Positions 1 to 10,762 are shown, counted from the stretch's first letter. The stretch is 54,471 bases of DNA from a virus (IMGVR_UViG_3300029319_007471:1-54471), one strand, 5' to 3'. Program-made: numbers and translations. The notes: generated by a model from the letters alone, not told the origin.

Positions 1-1388
1 ATTATAGCATTTGATGTATCACCTGTGCTTTTTATTAATATACCCTCATCCCCACTATCGGTGTGAATGTGGAGATTGTTATTTGGATTATTTGTGCCGA
101 TACCCACGTCACCAGTGAATGAACTTACTCCTGTTCCACCAGTAACAATTGAACCAAAAGAACCAGTTGAAGTTAGTGAACCACTTACCCCTCCTTCAGG
201 TGTAATTGATAATGAGGAACCCGTAGCTTCTATAGAGCCAGTAAATCTATGATTGTCGTCTAATGTATCACCAAACTTATTAGAACCGCTAGCAAACACC
301 ACACTAGCTGATGTAAATTCCGTATGAAATTCTCTTGCGAAAATAGAGCCTGATGTTGATATGTCACCTGTGGCTGTAATCGTGGTCGCTGATAAATTGG
401 TAGCAGTTAAAGTAGCTCCGCTAAAAGTTAAATCTGAATCTTCGGATAGTAATCCATTTGTTCCGTAGATAGCAACCCTACCTGATGTTTGATTGTCAGC
501 GGTCAATGTATTTGCTCTGAATCCATGCGCACCGATATCTAAATTTCCCCCAGCGGTCAGAGATGTTATGCCATCAATTGTTCCTCCATCGATATCAAAA
601 TTACTTCCCTCAATCTCTACAGAACCAGCGGTTAATTTACCACCCAATGTAAAGGCGCCGATGTTTGTCGAATTCACAGTAGTTGATACAACGTTACCAA
701 AAGATGCGGTGGATATTAATGAACTCGTTATATCACCAATCGCTTCTATGCTCGAACCGCTACCAACTATTTTGACCGTTCCGAAAGAACCTGTTGAGGT
801 AATTGAACCACTAATATTTGGAGCATTTTCAACCGTGGAACCACTAATCAAAGCGTTTGCCACAGGCCCTAAAGTGCCCTCCAATATCCCATTAAGGTGG
901 GTAGCATTTACACTACCAAAAGAACCAGTTGAAATTAATGAGCCAGATACATCTCCAACAAAATCTAAGGATGAGCCTGAATCATTTAACGTTAATCTTC
1001 CAAACGAAGCGGTTGATGCGTAAGGTGAATTAATATCCGTAAAATAACTTAACTTAGAGGATGAAATCTGAGCGCTATCGGCTATGTGAATATTTTCTAT
1101 CGAATTTGTTCTTATAAATTGTGATTCACCTGTGATTATACCATAAAATTTTGTATTAGCATCCGGCGCCTCACTAAAAACTATTCGTGAACCACTCATC
1201 GTATAGGCTTCATTGGCGTGTTGTAATACACCACCTAAAGTTATCAAAACATTAGCGGCGTCAGGTTGTTGCTCTGTTGCACCAACACTACAGGTGAATT
1301 CTGTTTGACTACCATCAAAAGATTGAGAAATCTCATCCATCAATGCGAATTGTCCACTATTCGTTGGTGTTCTACCTATATATGGCAT
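1..1388 (-). CDS. Partial Ser/Gly/Thr-rich virion fibre protein; C-terminal part runs off the left edge; missing from the ORF track
   Basis: ATG at 1388 after an AGGAGA RBS. Frame MPYIGRTPTNSGQFALMDEISQSFDGSQTEF...VLITLGGVLQH...YTMSGSRIVFSEAP... is open to the window edge. Shares STGSFG, LDIGAHGFRANTLTAD and AREFHTEF...HRFTGSIE modules with the 1600-aa neighbour; contains a GDVGIGT fibre motif. Confidence 0.85.
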   Translation of the reverse strand, partial: MPYIGRTPTNSGQFALMDEISQSFDGSQTEFTCSVGATEQQPDAANVLITLGGVLQHANEAYTMSGSRIVFSEAPDANTKFYGIITGESQFIRTNSIENIHIADSAQISSSKLSYFTDINSPYASTASFGRLTLNDSGSSLDFVGDVSGSLISTGSFGSVNATHLNGILEGTLGPVANALISGSTVENAPNISGSITSTGSFGTVKIVGSGSSIEAIGDITSSLISTASFGNVVSTTVNSTNIGAFTLGGKLTAGSVEIEGSNFDIDGGTIDGITSLTAGGNLDIGAHGFRANTLTADNQTSGRVAIYGTNGLLSEDSDLTFSGATLTATNLSATTITATGDISTSGSIFAREFHTEFTSASVVFASGSNKFGDTLDDNHRFTGSIEATGSSLSITPEGGVSGSLTSTGSFGSIVTGGTGVSSFTGDVGIGTNNPNNNLHIHTDSGDEGILIKSTGDTSNAI

Positions 1389-4300
1389 TTAAATAATCTC
1401 CTTATCCTAAAGCTATTGCTAATGCGGTCGCATCATCAACGGTTGCGAAACCTGAGCCAGTAAACGAACCTGAAAATGACCCACTTGCTGATGATAAATA
1501 TAAACCACCTACAATTTCGTTATTTCCCTGAGAATCCACTTTTAAACTAGCGGATGTAATTGTTAAACTACCCGTTGATTCGATTGAGCCAGTAAATCTA
1601 TGTATATCATCTTGCGTATCACCTAATTTTGTGCTACCACTGGCAAAAATAATTGATGCACTTACAAATTCTGTGTGGAATTCTCTGGCTGTGATTGAAC
1701 CTGATGTCGAAATATTGCCACCGACCTCTAAGTTACCTGTTACATCTAAATCTGTAAAGGCTAGTGTCCCTTGCACTTTATCAGCAACCACCAATGAACC
1801 AAATGAACCTGTTGAAGTTATCGAGCCACTTACGTTTCCAGCCTGAATTGTGGTCGATGATATATTTGTAGCGGTTAATGTCGCTCCGCTAAATGTTAAA
1901 TCTGAATCCTCTGATAGTAATCCGTTGCTACCATATATTGCTACACGTCCAGAAGTCTGATTATCGGCGGTGAGAGTATTTGCTCTAAATCCATGTGCGC
2001 CAATATCTAAATTTCCTCCAGCAGTTAAGGTTACGATATTACTCAACGTACCACCAACGGCGTTAACATTTGTTACGTTTAGAGTTCCAAATGAAGCTGT
2101 TGAAATAAGTGAGCTACTAACATCTCCTATCAACTCTAAAGTTGAACCGCTACCATTTATTTTTACGTTACCAAATGAACCAGTCGATAGTAATGAACCA
2201 CTAACGTTGGCTGCGTTCACAACCGCCGAACCACTAATCAATGTATTTAACGCACTACCTAAAGTTACCAAACCAGTTGCTGAGGTTATTGAATTTTGTG
2301 TGGCGGTTTGTATGGTTCCAAATAAATCTGTGCTTGTAACTTTTCCAAATGAGCCAGTTGAAATTAGTGAGCTAGTTAGATTACCAACTATCTCTAACGC
2401 TTTTGAACCCGAATCATTGATAATCGCTCTTCCGAATGAACCTGTTGAGGATATTGAACCACTTATCTTAGTTGCGCTAATATTTGCTAGAATGTCACCA
2501 TCATCTTTTACAATGACATCGCCACCATCAGCATTTAATTCTATATCTCCAGCCACATCAACAGTCAAATCACCTGTGCTTAAATCTATTTCGGTTCCGT
2601 CTATCGTAATATTATCTATGGTGACTCCACCATCAAACTTAGCCGATGGTGCTTCGAAATCGACGCTTGAAGTTATTGTCGTTCCTATGTGTCTGTATTT
2701 GATGTTTGCTACGCTTCCTCCGTCACCAAATAAAATACCTGACCCATCTATATCTGAACTATTTGTGCTTCCGCTTGACACCGTTATGGTCGCCGCCTGA
2801 ACATCCAATCCAGCGACCGTATTGTTTGTTGTTGTACCGACAACAGTTAAGTTACCTGCGATAGTTACATCACTACCTGAGAAAATTGTTTCCTCAACCT
2901 TAACCCTAGCATTAGTTGAGACAATCTGAAAATCATTAGATGCGTGGTCAGCTGTTAAATTACCACTTATTGTTTGACTACCATTTACATCTAAATTACC
3001 ATCAACAATTACCCCACTCAAAGTTCCAAAATTACCTCTACCAAACGATGCGCTTGATAATGATGAGCCAGTTATATGACCTATCATTTCTATAGCTGAT
3101 GCTGAATTGATTAATATCAATTTACCAAAAGAGCCAGTTGATGTTAAGGAACCGCTCACATCAGCAGCGTTCACAACCGCTGAACCACTAATTAAGGTAT
3201 TAAGTGAACTTCCTAAAGTGACTAAACCAGTAGCGGATGTAATGGAATTCTGAGCTGCTGTTTTTATTGTTCCATATACTTCCGTACTATTAATGTTTGT
3301 GGCGTTTACTGCGCCAAATGAAGCCGATGATATTAAGGAACTAGATACATTTCCAATCATCTCAATCGCTGGTAATGAACTCGAACCAGCTAAAATTATT
3401 CTACCAAAAGAACCAGTTGATGTTAGTGAACCACTAACTTTTGTGGACGATATGTTTAATAGTGAATCACCATCATCCTTTATATTTACGTCTCCTCCAT
3501 CAGCATTTATCTCAACATCACCATCGACATCTATTGTTAAATTGCCTGAGGATAAATCTATTTCGGTTCCATCTATTGTGATATTATCAATCGTTACCCC
3601 ACCATCTGCGTCTAATGAACCAACTGATACCGCGCCTGGAGTGACAATCGAACCAAAGGATGCCGTTGATGTTAGTGAACCACTAACTCCCCCTACAGGT
3701 GTAACCGATAATAAAGAGCCTGTAACTTCTATCGAACCAGTAAATCTGTGAACATCATCCTGACTATCACCAAATTTATTACTACCACTAGCGAAAACAA
3801 CACTAGCGGATGTGAACTCTGTATGAAACTCCCTTGCAAAAACAGAGCCAGATGTCGAAATATCTCCTGTGGCATTTATCGTTGTGGTCGTTAAAGTTGT
3901 ACTAACTAAATCTGTAGCTGTGACATCCGTTGCGTTTACATTTGTTGTGTTGAGTGTTCCAAAAGATGCGCTTGATATTAACGAACTTGAAACATCTCCA
4001 ATTAATTCTAAGCTTGAACCACTTCCATTAATTTTAACATTTCCGAATGAGCCAGTAGAAATGAGTGAACCACTTATGTTTCCTGAATTTATATTGGTAG
4101 CCGTTAAAGTATTTCCTGAAAATGATAAATCACTATCCTCTGTTAATAATCCATTACTACCATAGATAGCAACTCTTCCAGAGGTTTGTGCATCAGCAGT
4201 TAAAGTATTCGCTCTAAATCCATGTGCTCCAATATCTAAATCACCACCAGCCGTCAATGTTGTAATGTTTGTAAGTTCACCTCCAGCAGCGTTGACGTTT

Positions 4301-5930
4301 GTGACATTAACCGACCCAAATGATGCGGTTGAAATCAAAGAGCTAGATATATTACCGATAGCCTCAATGCTTGAACCGCTACCTAATAAATTTACAGTTC
4401 CAAATGAACCTGTTGATGTTAGAGAACCACTTACGTTGGCGGCGTTGACCACCGCTGAACCACTAATGAGAGCATTTAAATCACTACCTAAGGTAATCAA
4501 ACCTGTGGCTGATGTTATAGAATTTTGAGTAGCAGTTTTTACTGTTCCATAAAGTTCAGTAGCGTTAACGTTAGTAACGTTTGCTGCGCCAAATGAAGCG
4601 CTTGATATTAATGAACTACTTACGTTTCCAATCATTTCTATCGCAGAAGCTGAACCCACTAAGTTAAGTTTACCAAAAGAACCTGTAGAGGTTAAGGAAC
4701 CACTAACATTAGCTGCGTTTACAACCGCCGAACCGCTTATTAAAGCATTTAAAGAACTTCCTAAAGTTACCAAACCTGTGGCTGATGTTATAGAATTTTG
4801 TGCGGCGGTTTTTATCGTTCCATAAAGTTCGGTAGCGTTAACGTTAGTAACGTTTGCTGCACCAAATGAAGCGGTGGAAATCAACGAACTACTCACATCA
4901 CCTATTAATTCTAAAGTTGAACCACTACCATTAATTTTTACATTTCCGAATGAACCAGTCGATAGTAATGAACCACTAACTTTTGTTGAGGATACGTTTA
5001 ATAATACAACGTCATCATCCTTAACATCTACACTACCACCATCAGCGTTCAACTCAATATTACCATCCACATCAATGGTTAGATTACCGCTACTTAAATC
5101 TATTTCAGTCCCATCAATTGTTATATTATCAATCGTAACACCACCATCAGCATCTAAACTTGTTGCTGTGGTCGCCCCTAATGTCGTAGCACCTAATGTG
5201 GATTGACCTGGTACAACTAATGAACCAAATGAGGAGGTTGATATTAACGAACCACTAACCCCACCACCGACAAATTTAACAAAACTGGCGCTTAACTCAC
5301 CTCTAAATGAACCACTAATATCACTAGCTAACTGTGCTGAACTACTAACTAATGTTCTTAATCCACTCTCATCTTGCCCTTGCGAATTTTGACCTGTATG
5401 GATAGCCCAACCCATAAATTGGTGACTTGAACATTGATAATAAATTATTTGTGGACTATCTTTGTCAATCTTTAAAGTGATTACATTTCCAGCGACCGAT
5501 ACGTGACTGCTTGGGTCATATTGTGTTGTTTTAGCAGCATCAAAGTAAAATCTTATTGGATGAGAGGAGGCCCCACTATAATCAAATTTATAATAACCCT
5601 CAGTTAAATATAGGAAAGGAGTTTCAACCCCATCAATAACATATCCATTACCTGAACCGCTATCATAGTATGGATGGTTTGTTGTTTTGGATGCGGCTAA
5701 TGCAGTAAATGTATGAGCACTACCTGGCGCTATGACTGGTCCCTCTGATGCTCTAGCTAAGTAATTAAACCCTTTAACTGGCTCTCTACTTAACTCAAAA
5801 CTGCCTGAACTCTCTATTGAGCCTGTAAATCTATGAACATCATCTTGGGTATCACCAAATTGTGTCGAACCGCTTGAAAATATTATTGATGAATTTACAA
5901 ACTCTGTTCTAAATTCTCTAGCTATTATAG
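230..5930 (-). repeat. Interspersed protein-module repeats shared by the two fibre genes
   Basis: Approximate copies. Module A (AREFxTEF...GDxxDDxHRFTGSIE): 230-345, 1575-1690, 3725-3840, 5810-5925. Module B (DGGVTIDNITIDGTEIDLS...NADGG): 2500-2635, 3470-3610, 5010-5150. Module C (TAxQNSITSATGLxTLGS...VSGSLxSTGSFG): 2175-2310, 3130-3265, 4400-4540, 4675-4815. Module D (LTAGGxLDIGAHGFRANTLTAD...EDSDL): 415-560, 1880-2030, 4115-4260. Confidence 0.9.
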
Positions 5931-6204
5931 ACCCGCTGGTTTCTATATTGCCAGATACTTGTAAATTACCTGTGGCTCCTATGTCCCCAACTACTCTCAG
6001 GCTTTCACCATTTAATTGGGTGGTTCCAATACCAACTCCACCATCGGCATAAATCGTGCTTAAAGAAGATGTTCCAACTGAATCTATGGCAGAGCCAGAG
6101 TCTACTAAAGTTAATCTACCAAAAGAGGCAGTAGATGTTATAGAGCCAGTTACATTACCTACTTTTAAACTACCTGTTAATTGTTTACCTTTGATAATAG
6201 CCAT
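1402..6204 (-). CDS. 1600-aa modular Ser/Gly/Thr-rich virion fibre or appendage protein
   Basis: Many S[TS][GA]SFG units and four larger repeated modules; C-terminal DDATALAIALG; downstream of the neck genes. Confidence 0.8.
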   Translation of the reverse strand: MAIIKGKQLTGSLKVGNVTGSITSTASFGRLTLVDSGSAIDSVGTSSLSTIYADGGVGIGTTQLNGESLRVVGDIGATGNLQVSGNIETSGSIIAREFRTEFVNSSIIFSSGSTQFGDTQDDVHRFTGSIESSGSFELSREPVKGFNYLARASEGPVIAPGSAHTFTALAASKTTNHPYYDSGSGNGYVIDGVETPFLYLTEGYYKFDYSGASSHPIRFYFDAAKTTQYDPSSHVSVAGNVITLKIDKDSPQIIYYQCSSHQFMGWAIHTGQNSQGQDESGLRTLVSSSAQLASDISGSFRGELSASFVKFVGGGVSGSLISTSSFGSLVVPGQSTLGATTLGATTATSLDADGGVTIDNITIDGTEIDLSSGNLTIDVDGNIELNADGGSVDVKDDDVVLLNVSSTKVSGSLLSTGSFGNVKINGSGSTLELIGDVSSSLISTASFGAANVTNVNATELYGTIKTAAQNSITSATGLVTLGSSLNALISGSAVVNAANVSGSLTSTGSFGKLNLVGSASAIEMIGNVSSSLISSASFGAANVTNVNATELYGTVKTATQNSITSATGLITLGSDLNALISGSAVVNAANVSGSLTSTGSFGTVNLLGSGSSIEAIGNISSSLISTASFGSVNVTNVNAAGGELTNITTLTAGGDLDIGAHGFRANTLTADAQTSGRVAIYGSNGLLTEDSDLSFSGNTLTATNINSGNISGSLISTGSFGNVKINGSGSSLELIGDVSSSLISSASFGTLNTTNVNATDVTATDLVSTTLTTTTINATGDISTSGSVFAREFHTEFTSASVVFASGSNKFGDSQDDVHRFTGSIEVTGSLLSVTPVGGVSGSLTSTASFGSIVTPGAVSVGSLDADGGVTIDNITIDGTEIDLSSGNLTIDVDGDVEINADGGDVNIKDDGDSLLNISSTKVSGSLTSTGSFGRIILAGSSSLPAIEMIGNVSSSLISSASFGAVNATNINSTEVYGTIKTAAQNSITSATGLVTLGSSLNTLISGSAVVNAADVSGSLTSTGSFGKLILINSASAIEMIGHITGSSLSSASFGRGNFGTLSGVIVDGNLDVNGSQTISGNLTADHASNDFQIVSTNARVKVEETIFSGSDVTIAGNLTVVGTTTNNTVAGLDVQAATITVSSGSTNSSDIDGSGILFGDGGSVANIKYRHIGTTITSSVDFEAPSAKFDGGVTIDNITIDGTEIDLSTGDLTVDVAGDIELNADGGDVIVKDDGDILANISATKISGSISSTGSFGRAIINDSGSKALEIVGNLTSSLISTGSFGKVTSTDLFGTIQTATQNSITSATGLVTLGSALNTLISGSAVVNAANVSGSLLSTGSFGNVKINGSGSTLELIGDVSSSLISTASFGTLNVTNVNAVGGTLSNIVTLTAGGNLDIGAHGFRANTLTADNQTSGRVAIYGSNGLLSEDSDLTFSGATLTATNISSTTIQAGNVSGSITSTGSFGSLVVADKVQGTLAFTDLDVTGNLEVGGNISTSGSITAREFHTEFVSASIIFASGSTKLGDTQDDIHRFTGSIESTGSLTITSASLKVDSQGNNEIVGGLYLSSASGSFSGSFTGSGFATVDDATALAIALG

Positions 6205-6213
6205 TAATATTCC

Positions 6214-7209
6214 TTAAGAATTAAATTTTCCGTGTGCAATAATCTCATCACTAGCCTCTAATTCGTAACCTATGCTATCCGTATCAATCTTTAAGTGAAA
6301 TAATACTGCGGTTTTTTGTTCTATTTCTAATGCGTCGTGTTCCATATATTGTCCATTGATAAAAAATGTAAAATCTGTTTCTGTAGTGGCGGTCATGCCA
6401 GTCGGAGCTGAAGCTGTAACCGCTGTAAAACTGGCGGTGTCGGAGCCAGTTATCGACAATGATTTTTTTACAAAATTCTTCCTTAAATAATCTGCGCCGG
6501 ATGATGTCACGCTACCTGATATTTTAGCATCAACATATGCCTTTGAAGTTGATGAACCAGCGGCAGTTGGACTTGCTGGCAAACCCAAAACCTCACCATC
6601 ACCACTAAATGTTAGATTGGCTGCGCTAGCCATCGTAGAGGTAGCTAATGATGTTATTGTTTTATTTGTCAAAGTATCAGTAGTTGAAACACCAACTATA
6701 TTTATGTTACTACCAGCTGCATTATCTATCGCCCATCTTGTCTCTGAATGGTCAAACACTAATTGTGCATTTGTAGCACCACTTCTTCCAACCCTTAATC
6801 CAGCGTCGGCTGAGGCTAAAGCAGTTGAACCTGAGAAATTTAAATCTATTATTGGGTCTTGTACGGTAAATTGTTCTACATTTTGAATGGATTGTGAACC
6901 CTGCACAATTAAGTCACCGTGAATCTTAATGCTACCGCTTTGAACACTACCAGTCGTTAAAAATTCTATGGCTGGATTATTACGACTATCCCTTATAAAA
7001 CTTGGGTCACCAGACATACTAATCTGTCCGACCTGCAAAGTATGGTCAGAACCCATATCTAAACTACCTGTTCCTAAATTAGCAATTGAAATTGTTGTAA
7101 ATTCAGGTTCAAATCTACTCGTTATGGAGCTAGTTGTTGGGGATGTTTGAAAAACCAAACTTCCTGTTTGTGGAACTTGTGCTTGTCTCGTTAAATCTAT
7201 TAATGACAT
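6214..7209 (-). CDS. Virion structural or fibre-like protein
   Basis: GDLIVQG...VQDPIIDLN...DAGLRVGR and TLTNKT, TSKAYVD motifs typical of phage fibre proteins; SGS/TGS-rich. Confidence 0.65.
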   Translation of the reverse strand: MSLIDLTRQAQVPQTGSLVFQTSPTTSSITSRFEPEFTTISIANLGTGSLDMGSDHTLQVGQISMSGDPSFIRDSRNNPAIEFLTTGSVQSGSIKIHGDLIVQGSQSIQNVEQFTVQDPIIDLNFSGSTALASADAGLRVGRSGATNAQLVFDHSETRWAIDNAAGSNINIVGVSTTDTLTNKTITSLATSTMASAANLTFSGDGEVLGLPASPTAAGSSTSKAYVDAKISGSVTSSGADYLRKNFVKKSLSITGSDTASFTAVTASAPTGMTATTETDFTFFINGQYMEHDALEIEQKTAVLFHLKIDTDSIGYELEASDEIIAHGKFNS

Positions 7210-7764
7210 TTAACTACTCTCCAATTGAAATCTTATATTAACTCTGTCAGGTTCTCCAGTGCCAGATTGGGTTGGTATACCCTCAAATACTGAGCCTGTT
7301 ATCAACGTAATTCCCAATCCAAATTCATCTCCTAGTTGTCTTTTTCGTATTCTAACTTTTGTTTGACTCGAATCTATCTGAAAATCAGCACTTGAACTAT
7401 CGGTTTGGTCAATGTTTGAAATCTGACTAACACCATTAACATTGACTTTCACCGAACCATTTCTAATTCTAAAACCGCTAGGTATTGTTGGCGCGAATTG
7501 TTGGTAATAAATATTCGATAACTCAACTTCTGATAAAGTAAATGATTGAAACTTAGTATTGAATCTCTCATTACCACTTTGTTGATTTATTACATTATCA
7601 TCTTGTCTAGCTGAACCCAAATTAACATTATTAAGGGTAAAAGGTAGTTTCTCACTACCGCTATCTCTAAAATTTATTATGTCTCCATCAAATTTCGACT
7701 CACTTACAGGAGTCATAAACTTTCTAATTGAGCCTTTTAAACCCTCTAATGCCTGCCTAGCCAT
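7210..7764 (-). CDS. Hypothetical structural protein
   Basis: 184-aa ORF in the structural operon; GSVKVNVNGVSQ resembles the C-terminal domain of the gp15-like neighbour (GSLDLQVNG). Confidence 0.55.
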   Translation of the reverse strand: MARQALEGLKGSIRKFMTPVSESKFDGDIINFRDSGSEKLPFTLNNVNLGSARQDDNVINQQSGNERFNTKFQSFTLSEVELSNIYYQQFAPTIPSGFRIRNGSVKVNVNGVSQISNIDQTDSSSADFQIDSSQTKVRIRKRQLGDEFGLGITLITGSVFEGIPTQSGTGEPDRVNIRFQLESS

Positions 7765-7765
7765 C

Positions 7766-9121
7766 TTATTCTATGGCCTGTTGAAAATTCATTATTATTT
7801 TATCGTCTTCTTTCAAAGTGATACCTGAGCCAGACCTTTGTGCGAATATGACTATATCTTTTAATGAGCTAGAAATAAAAAAATCAAACGTATTTGTTAT
7901 ATCTTTTTGATTTGTTTGTTCTGATAATAAATTTAATCCATTCACCTGTAAGTCTAATGAGCCTGTTTGAATAACAAAGCCAGAATCAAATGTTGGTTGA
8001 AAGACGGAGCCAGAACTACTTCCTGTAATCATCGCAGATGATGATTGACTACCTGAAAAAAATTGTGTTTTATTCATATAGATTCCATTTCCAGAGCTCA
8101 AACTCACAACCGCTTTATCATCTTTTGATGAGGTAGGAGAACCTCCACCCCTCATAACATAAAAAGTGTCACCTCCAAACGTATTGGTAAACTCTAAATC
8201 TTGTGCGGCGTTTCCATAACCAGGTGATATAGGTCTGATAAAATCTGTGGAACCACCCAATGAATTTAAGGTCGAGGAGCGATTACTAAATACCTTAACT
8301 CTTTCGGTTCTACTATCTGGTGAAAATACTGATGAAACTCCAAACTCAAACTCACCCTCTGTGACAATTTGTTTGGGAGTTAAATATTTTTGCGTATTAA
8401 TAAATTCATTAAATGATTCTGGTATTAGATAACCTCTAAAGTTAAAACTAAAAGTAGTTTTAATCATCCTTTCATTATCAACCATTTCGGTAGCATCCTC
8501 AAACGACTCTATGTTGGCCTTAAATTTGAATTTATTAGGTTCACCCCAATACGAACCACCACTCCAATTTATTTTTTCCACAATACTATTCATTTGTTCA
8601 ATTAATGTTGTGAATATAATCGCTTCATAATTCATTGTGATATATTTTGGAACGGCTACCTGATAAAACTCCTTTGTCGGCATTAGATTATTTTTTGCCG
8701 AAAACTGGTCATAACGATTTTCTTTTGAATATTTTTGTTGAAAAAAGTAAAAGTTTTTAGGGTCATTAGCATCGACTGAATCTATAGCGATGCTATCATC
8801 TCTTGATATTGATGTTCTTTTAAATACTATAGCTGGTGTTATTAGTTGATTATTTTTATCTCTAATATTACCTCTTCTTTGAATTGAAGCCCAACGTTCA
8901 GCATTAGCGTATAAAACAGGTACCTTTACTTCCTCACCATTATCTTTTACTGTCGGTTTAATAACCTGAGTAAAGTAATACATTATGGCTGAATCCACAT
9001 CCATCAAACCGATGTTTACATTTTTAACATCATCAGTTTTTCGTGTTCTCTCGATTCCACGATTAATCTCTCTACCTCTAAGTATTCTTTCAGACCTTGG
9101 TAATGGTTTGGTTCTTGCCAT
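7766..9121 (-). CDS. gp15: Tail terminator / sheath stabiliser (T4 gp15-like) with C-terminal extension
   Basis: KVPVLYANAERW, PAIVFKRTSISRD, VPKYITMNYE...EQMNSIVEKI, FSFNFRGYL; position after gp13/gp14-like genes. Confidence 0.7.
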   Translation of the reverse strand: MARTKPLPRSERILRGREINRGIERTRKTDDVKNVNIGLMDVDSAIMYYFTQVIKPTVKDNGEEVKVPVLYANAERWASIQRRGNIRDKNNQLITPAIVFKRTSISRDDSIAIDSVDANDPKNFYFFQQKYSKENRYDQFSAKNNLMPTKEFYQVAVPKYITMNYEAIIFTTLIEQMNSIVEKINWSGGSYWGEPNKFKFKANIESFEDATEMVDNERMIKTTFSFNFRGYLIPESFNEFINTQKYLTPKQIVTEGEFEFGVSSVFSPDSRTERVKVFSNRSSTLNSLGGSTDFIRPISPGYGNAAQDLEFTNTFGGDTFYVMRGGGSPTSSKDDKAVVSLSSGNGIYMNKTQFFSGSQSSSAMITGSSSGSVFQPTFDSGFVIQTGSLDLQVNGLNLLSEQTNQKDITNTFDFFISSSLKDIVIFAQRSGSGITLKEDDKIIMNFQQAIE

Positions 9122-9606
9122 TATAAACTTCTCACCTCTTCAATATTTAGATTCGCCACTCTAATCATAAATGTATTTGCGATAATTGAGTGACTATTTG
9201 ATTGTTGTCCAGCTACTAATTGATTTTCATTAAGACTCGCTATCTCCCAATAACTTTCATTCCATTCTATCACATCACCGATATCAACAACATAATCAAC
9301 ATCAACTAATGATTGTCTTAAAAATGCAAATGTTGCGGTTTGTCTTAAATCTGGCCCAAATTCATCGGTGTTATACTCCATATCGGCGGCATCAACTATG
9401 CATGCTAACTGAACACCTGGATTAAATATTTTTCCTTTTCCAGCCTCACCATACATATTAGTCTCTGTTTCATTAACTGAAATTTTATAAACTACAACAG
9501 TTTGGTTTATATAACCATCTTGTGCAGTTAATAAATTACCAACTAATTCTTTATTGATTTTATCAAAAGTGTCTATATCCTTCTGACTTATAAATCTGTT
9601 TGGCAT
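9121..9606 (-). CDS. gp14: Head closure / neck protein (gp14-like)
   Basis: TNMYGEA...F...GDVIEWN...WEI pattern; lies between gp13- and gp15-like genes. Confidence 0.6.
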   Translation of the reverse strand: MPNRFISQKDIDTFDKINKELVGNLLTAQDGYINQTVVVYKISVNETETNMYGEAGKGKIFNPGVQLACIVDAADMEYNTDEFGPDLRQTATFAFLRQSLVDVDYVVDIGDVIEWNESYWEIASLNENQLVAGQQSNSHSIIANTFMIRVANLNIEEVRSL

Positions 9607-9610
9607 TATT

Positions 9611-10762
9611 TTATCCTATGTAAATTGGATATGGAACTTTTCTTAATTTTTCTTGTAAAAACTCAGCCTCATCTTTGTCAGCCTCTAACATAGCCTTCCT
9701 ACTTGTTTGTTCCAACATTTCCCTCAATTGTGTCGTTAACGTTTCTTTTTCTGCGGCCGCTTCTGAACGTAACGTATCTCCATCTAACGCCACATCAGAG
9801 TTTGGTATCGGAATAGTTCCATATTTACCTCTGATTGTTCCGAGTAGTTCTTTAGATAACGCTAAACCGTATTTTCTTATCCATTGTTTTCCAACATCAT
9901 TAATCTGCGCAAAAACCATATTACTATAAGGTACATTTGAATAATCGGATATAACATCATTGGAACCACTTAATTCAGTAATTAGATTGTTATCTCTCGC
10001 CGACCTCAAGACGTAATTAAAATGTAACTTAAAATCATCTAATGGTTTTGGAAAAATTCTTAATTTGTTGTTTCTAAGTTGAAATGAATACGCGGCTTTT
10101 CTAATTTGGTCATTATATTCAATCGCTTGTATTCTGAGTAAATCAGAATATATTGGCATCATCAAAAAAGAGATGGATGGTGAATAATTACCGAATCCAA
10201 ATTGGTCTAATAAATTTAAAGAACCAGCACCAGTACCAGCATAAGGGTCAAAATATCTTTGTATTGCTGGTGTTGCTTCATAGAAAACTTTTCTCACCTC
10301 TATAGCATTACCGCTTTCAGACGCTTCAGCCCAAAGAGCATTTAAATCATAATCTTGTGAACCGCTAACCACATCGATAGACCCACTTTCTACACTTACT
10401 AAACCTCCGACACCAGCTTCAGTACCATAAGCCTCAGATAGAAAAACGTTTCTACCTAAATTTGGTGTAACCCTTTTATGAGTTAGGTTAGAGCCAGTAG
10501 ATTGACCAGTTAAACTTAATAAATTATCTTTAATATTAAATTGATTGACCTGTGCCGAATACTCTGTGACCGATTCTTCTAAACAAGCATAAAATTGTGT
10601 GTCTTGTAATTCTATTGAAGCGATAGGATACCCTAATCTCCTAGCACACCAAGTTGCAAAATTAGGTGCTTCGGTTTGGAATTCACTATCATCATCATAA
10701 AGACCGAAAGGTGTAGTACCGCTTACTGCTGACCCACTTCCAGCCCATATAGCTTCTGCCAT
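9611..10762 (-). CDS. gp13: Neck / head-tail adaptor protein (T4 gp13-like)
   Basis: WCARRLGYPIASIEL, WIRKYGLALSKELLGTIRGKY, LDGDTLRSEA...PIYIG; immediately after the major capsid gene. Confidence 0.8.
   Translation of the reverse strand: MAEAIWAGSGSAVSGTTPFGLYDDDSEFQTEAPNFATWCARRLGYPIASIELQDTQFYACLEESVTEYSAQVNQFNIKDNLLSLTGQSTGSNLTHKRVTPNLGRNVFLSEAYGTEAGVGGLVSVESGSIDVVSGSQDYDLNALWAEASESGNAIEVRKVFYEATPAIQRYFDPYAGTGAGSLNLLDQFGFGNYSPSISFLMMPIYSDLLRIQAIEYNDQIRKAAYSFQLRNNKLRIFPKPLDDFKLHFNYVLRSARDNNLITELSGSNDVISDYSNVPYSNMVFAQINDVGKQWIRKYGLALSKELLGTIRGKYGTIPIPNSDVALDGDTLRSEAAAEKETLTTQLREMLEQTSRKAMLEADKDEAEFLQEKLRKVPYPIYIG

Noticed and set aside
230-5930. Repeats as a CRISPR array or DGR template/variable pair
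   Set aside because: The repeats are in-frame coding modules with mostly synonymous differences, without unique spacers or adenine-specific variation, and there is no reverse transcriptase in the window.
67-7150. Long plus-strand ORFs (for example 493-1023, 1970-2800, 3293-3751)
   Set aside because: Antisense shadows of the Ser/Gly/Thr-rich fibre genes; their EP-rich repeats are reverse-complement readings of GS codons.
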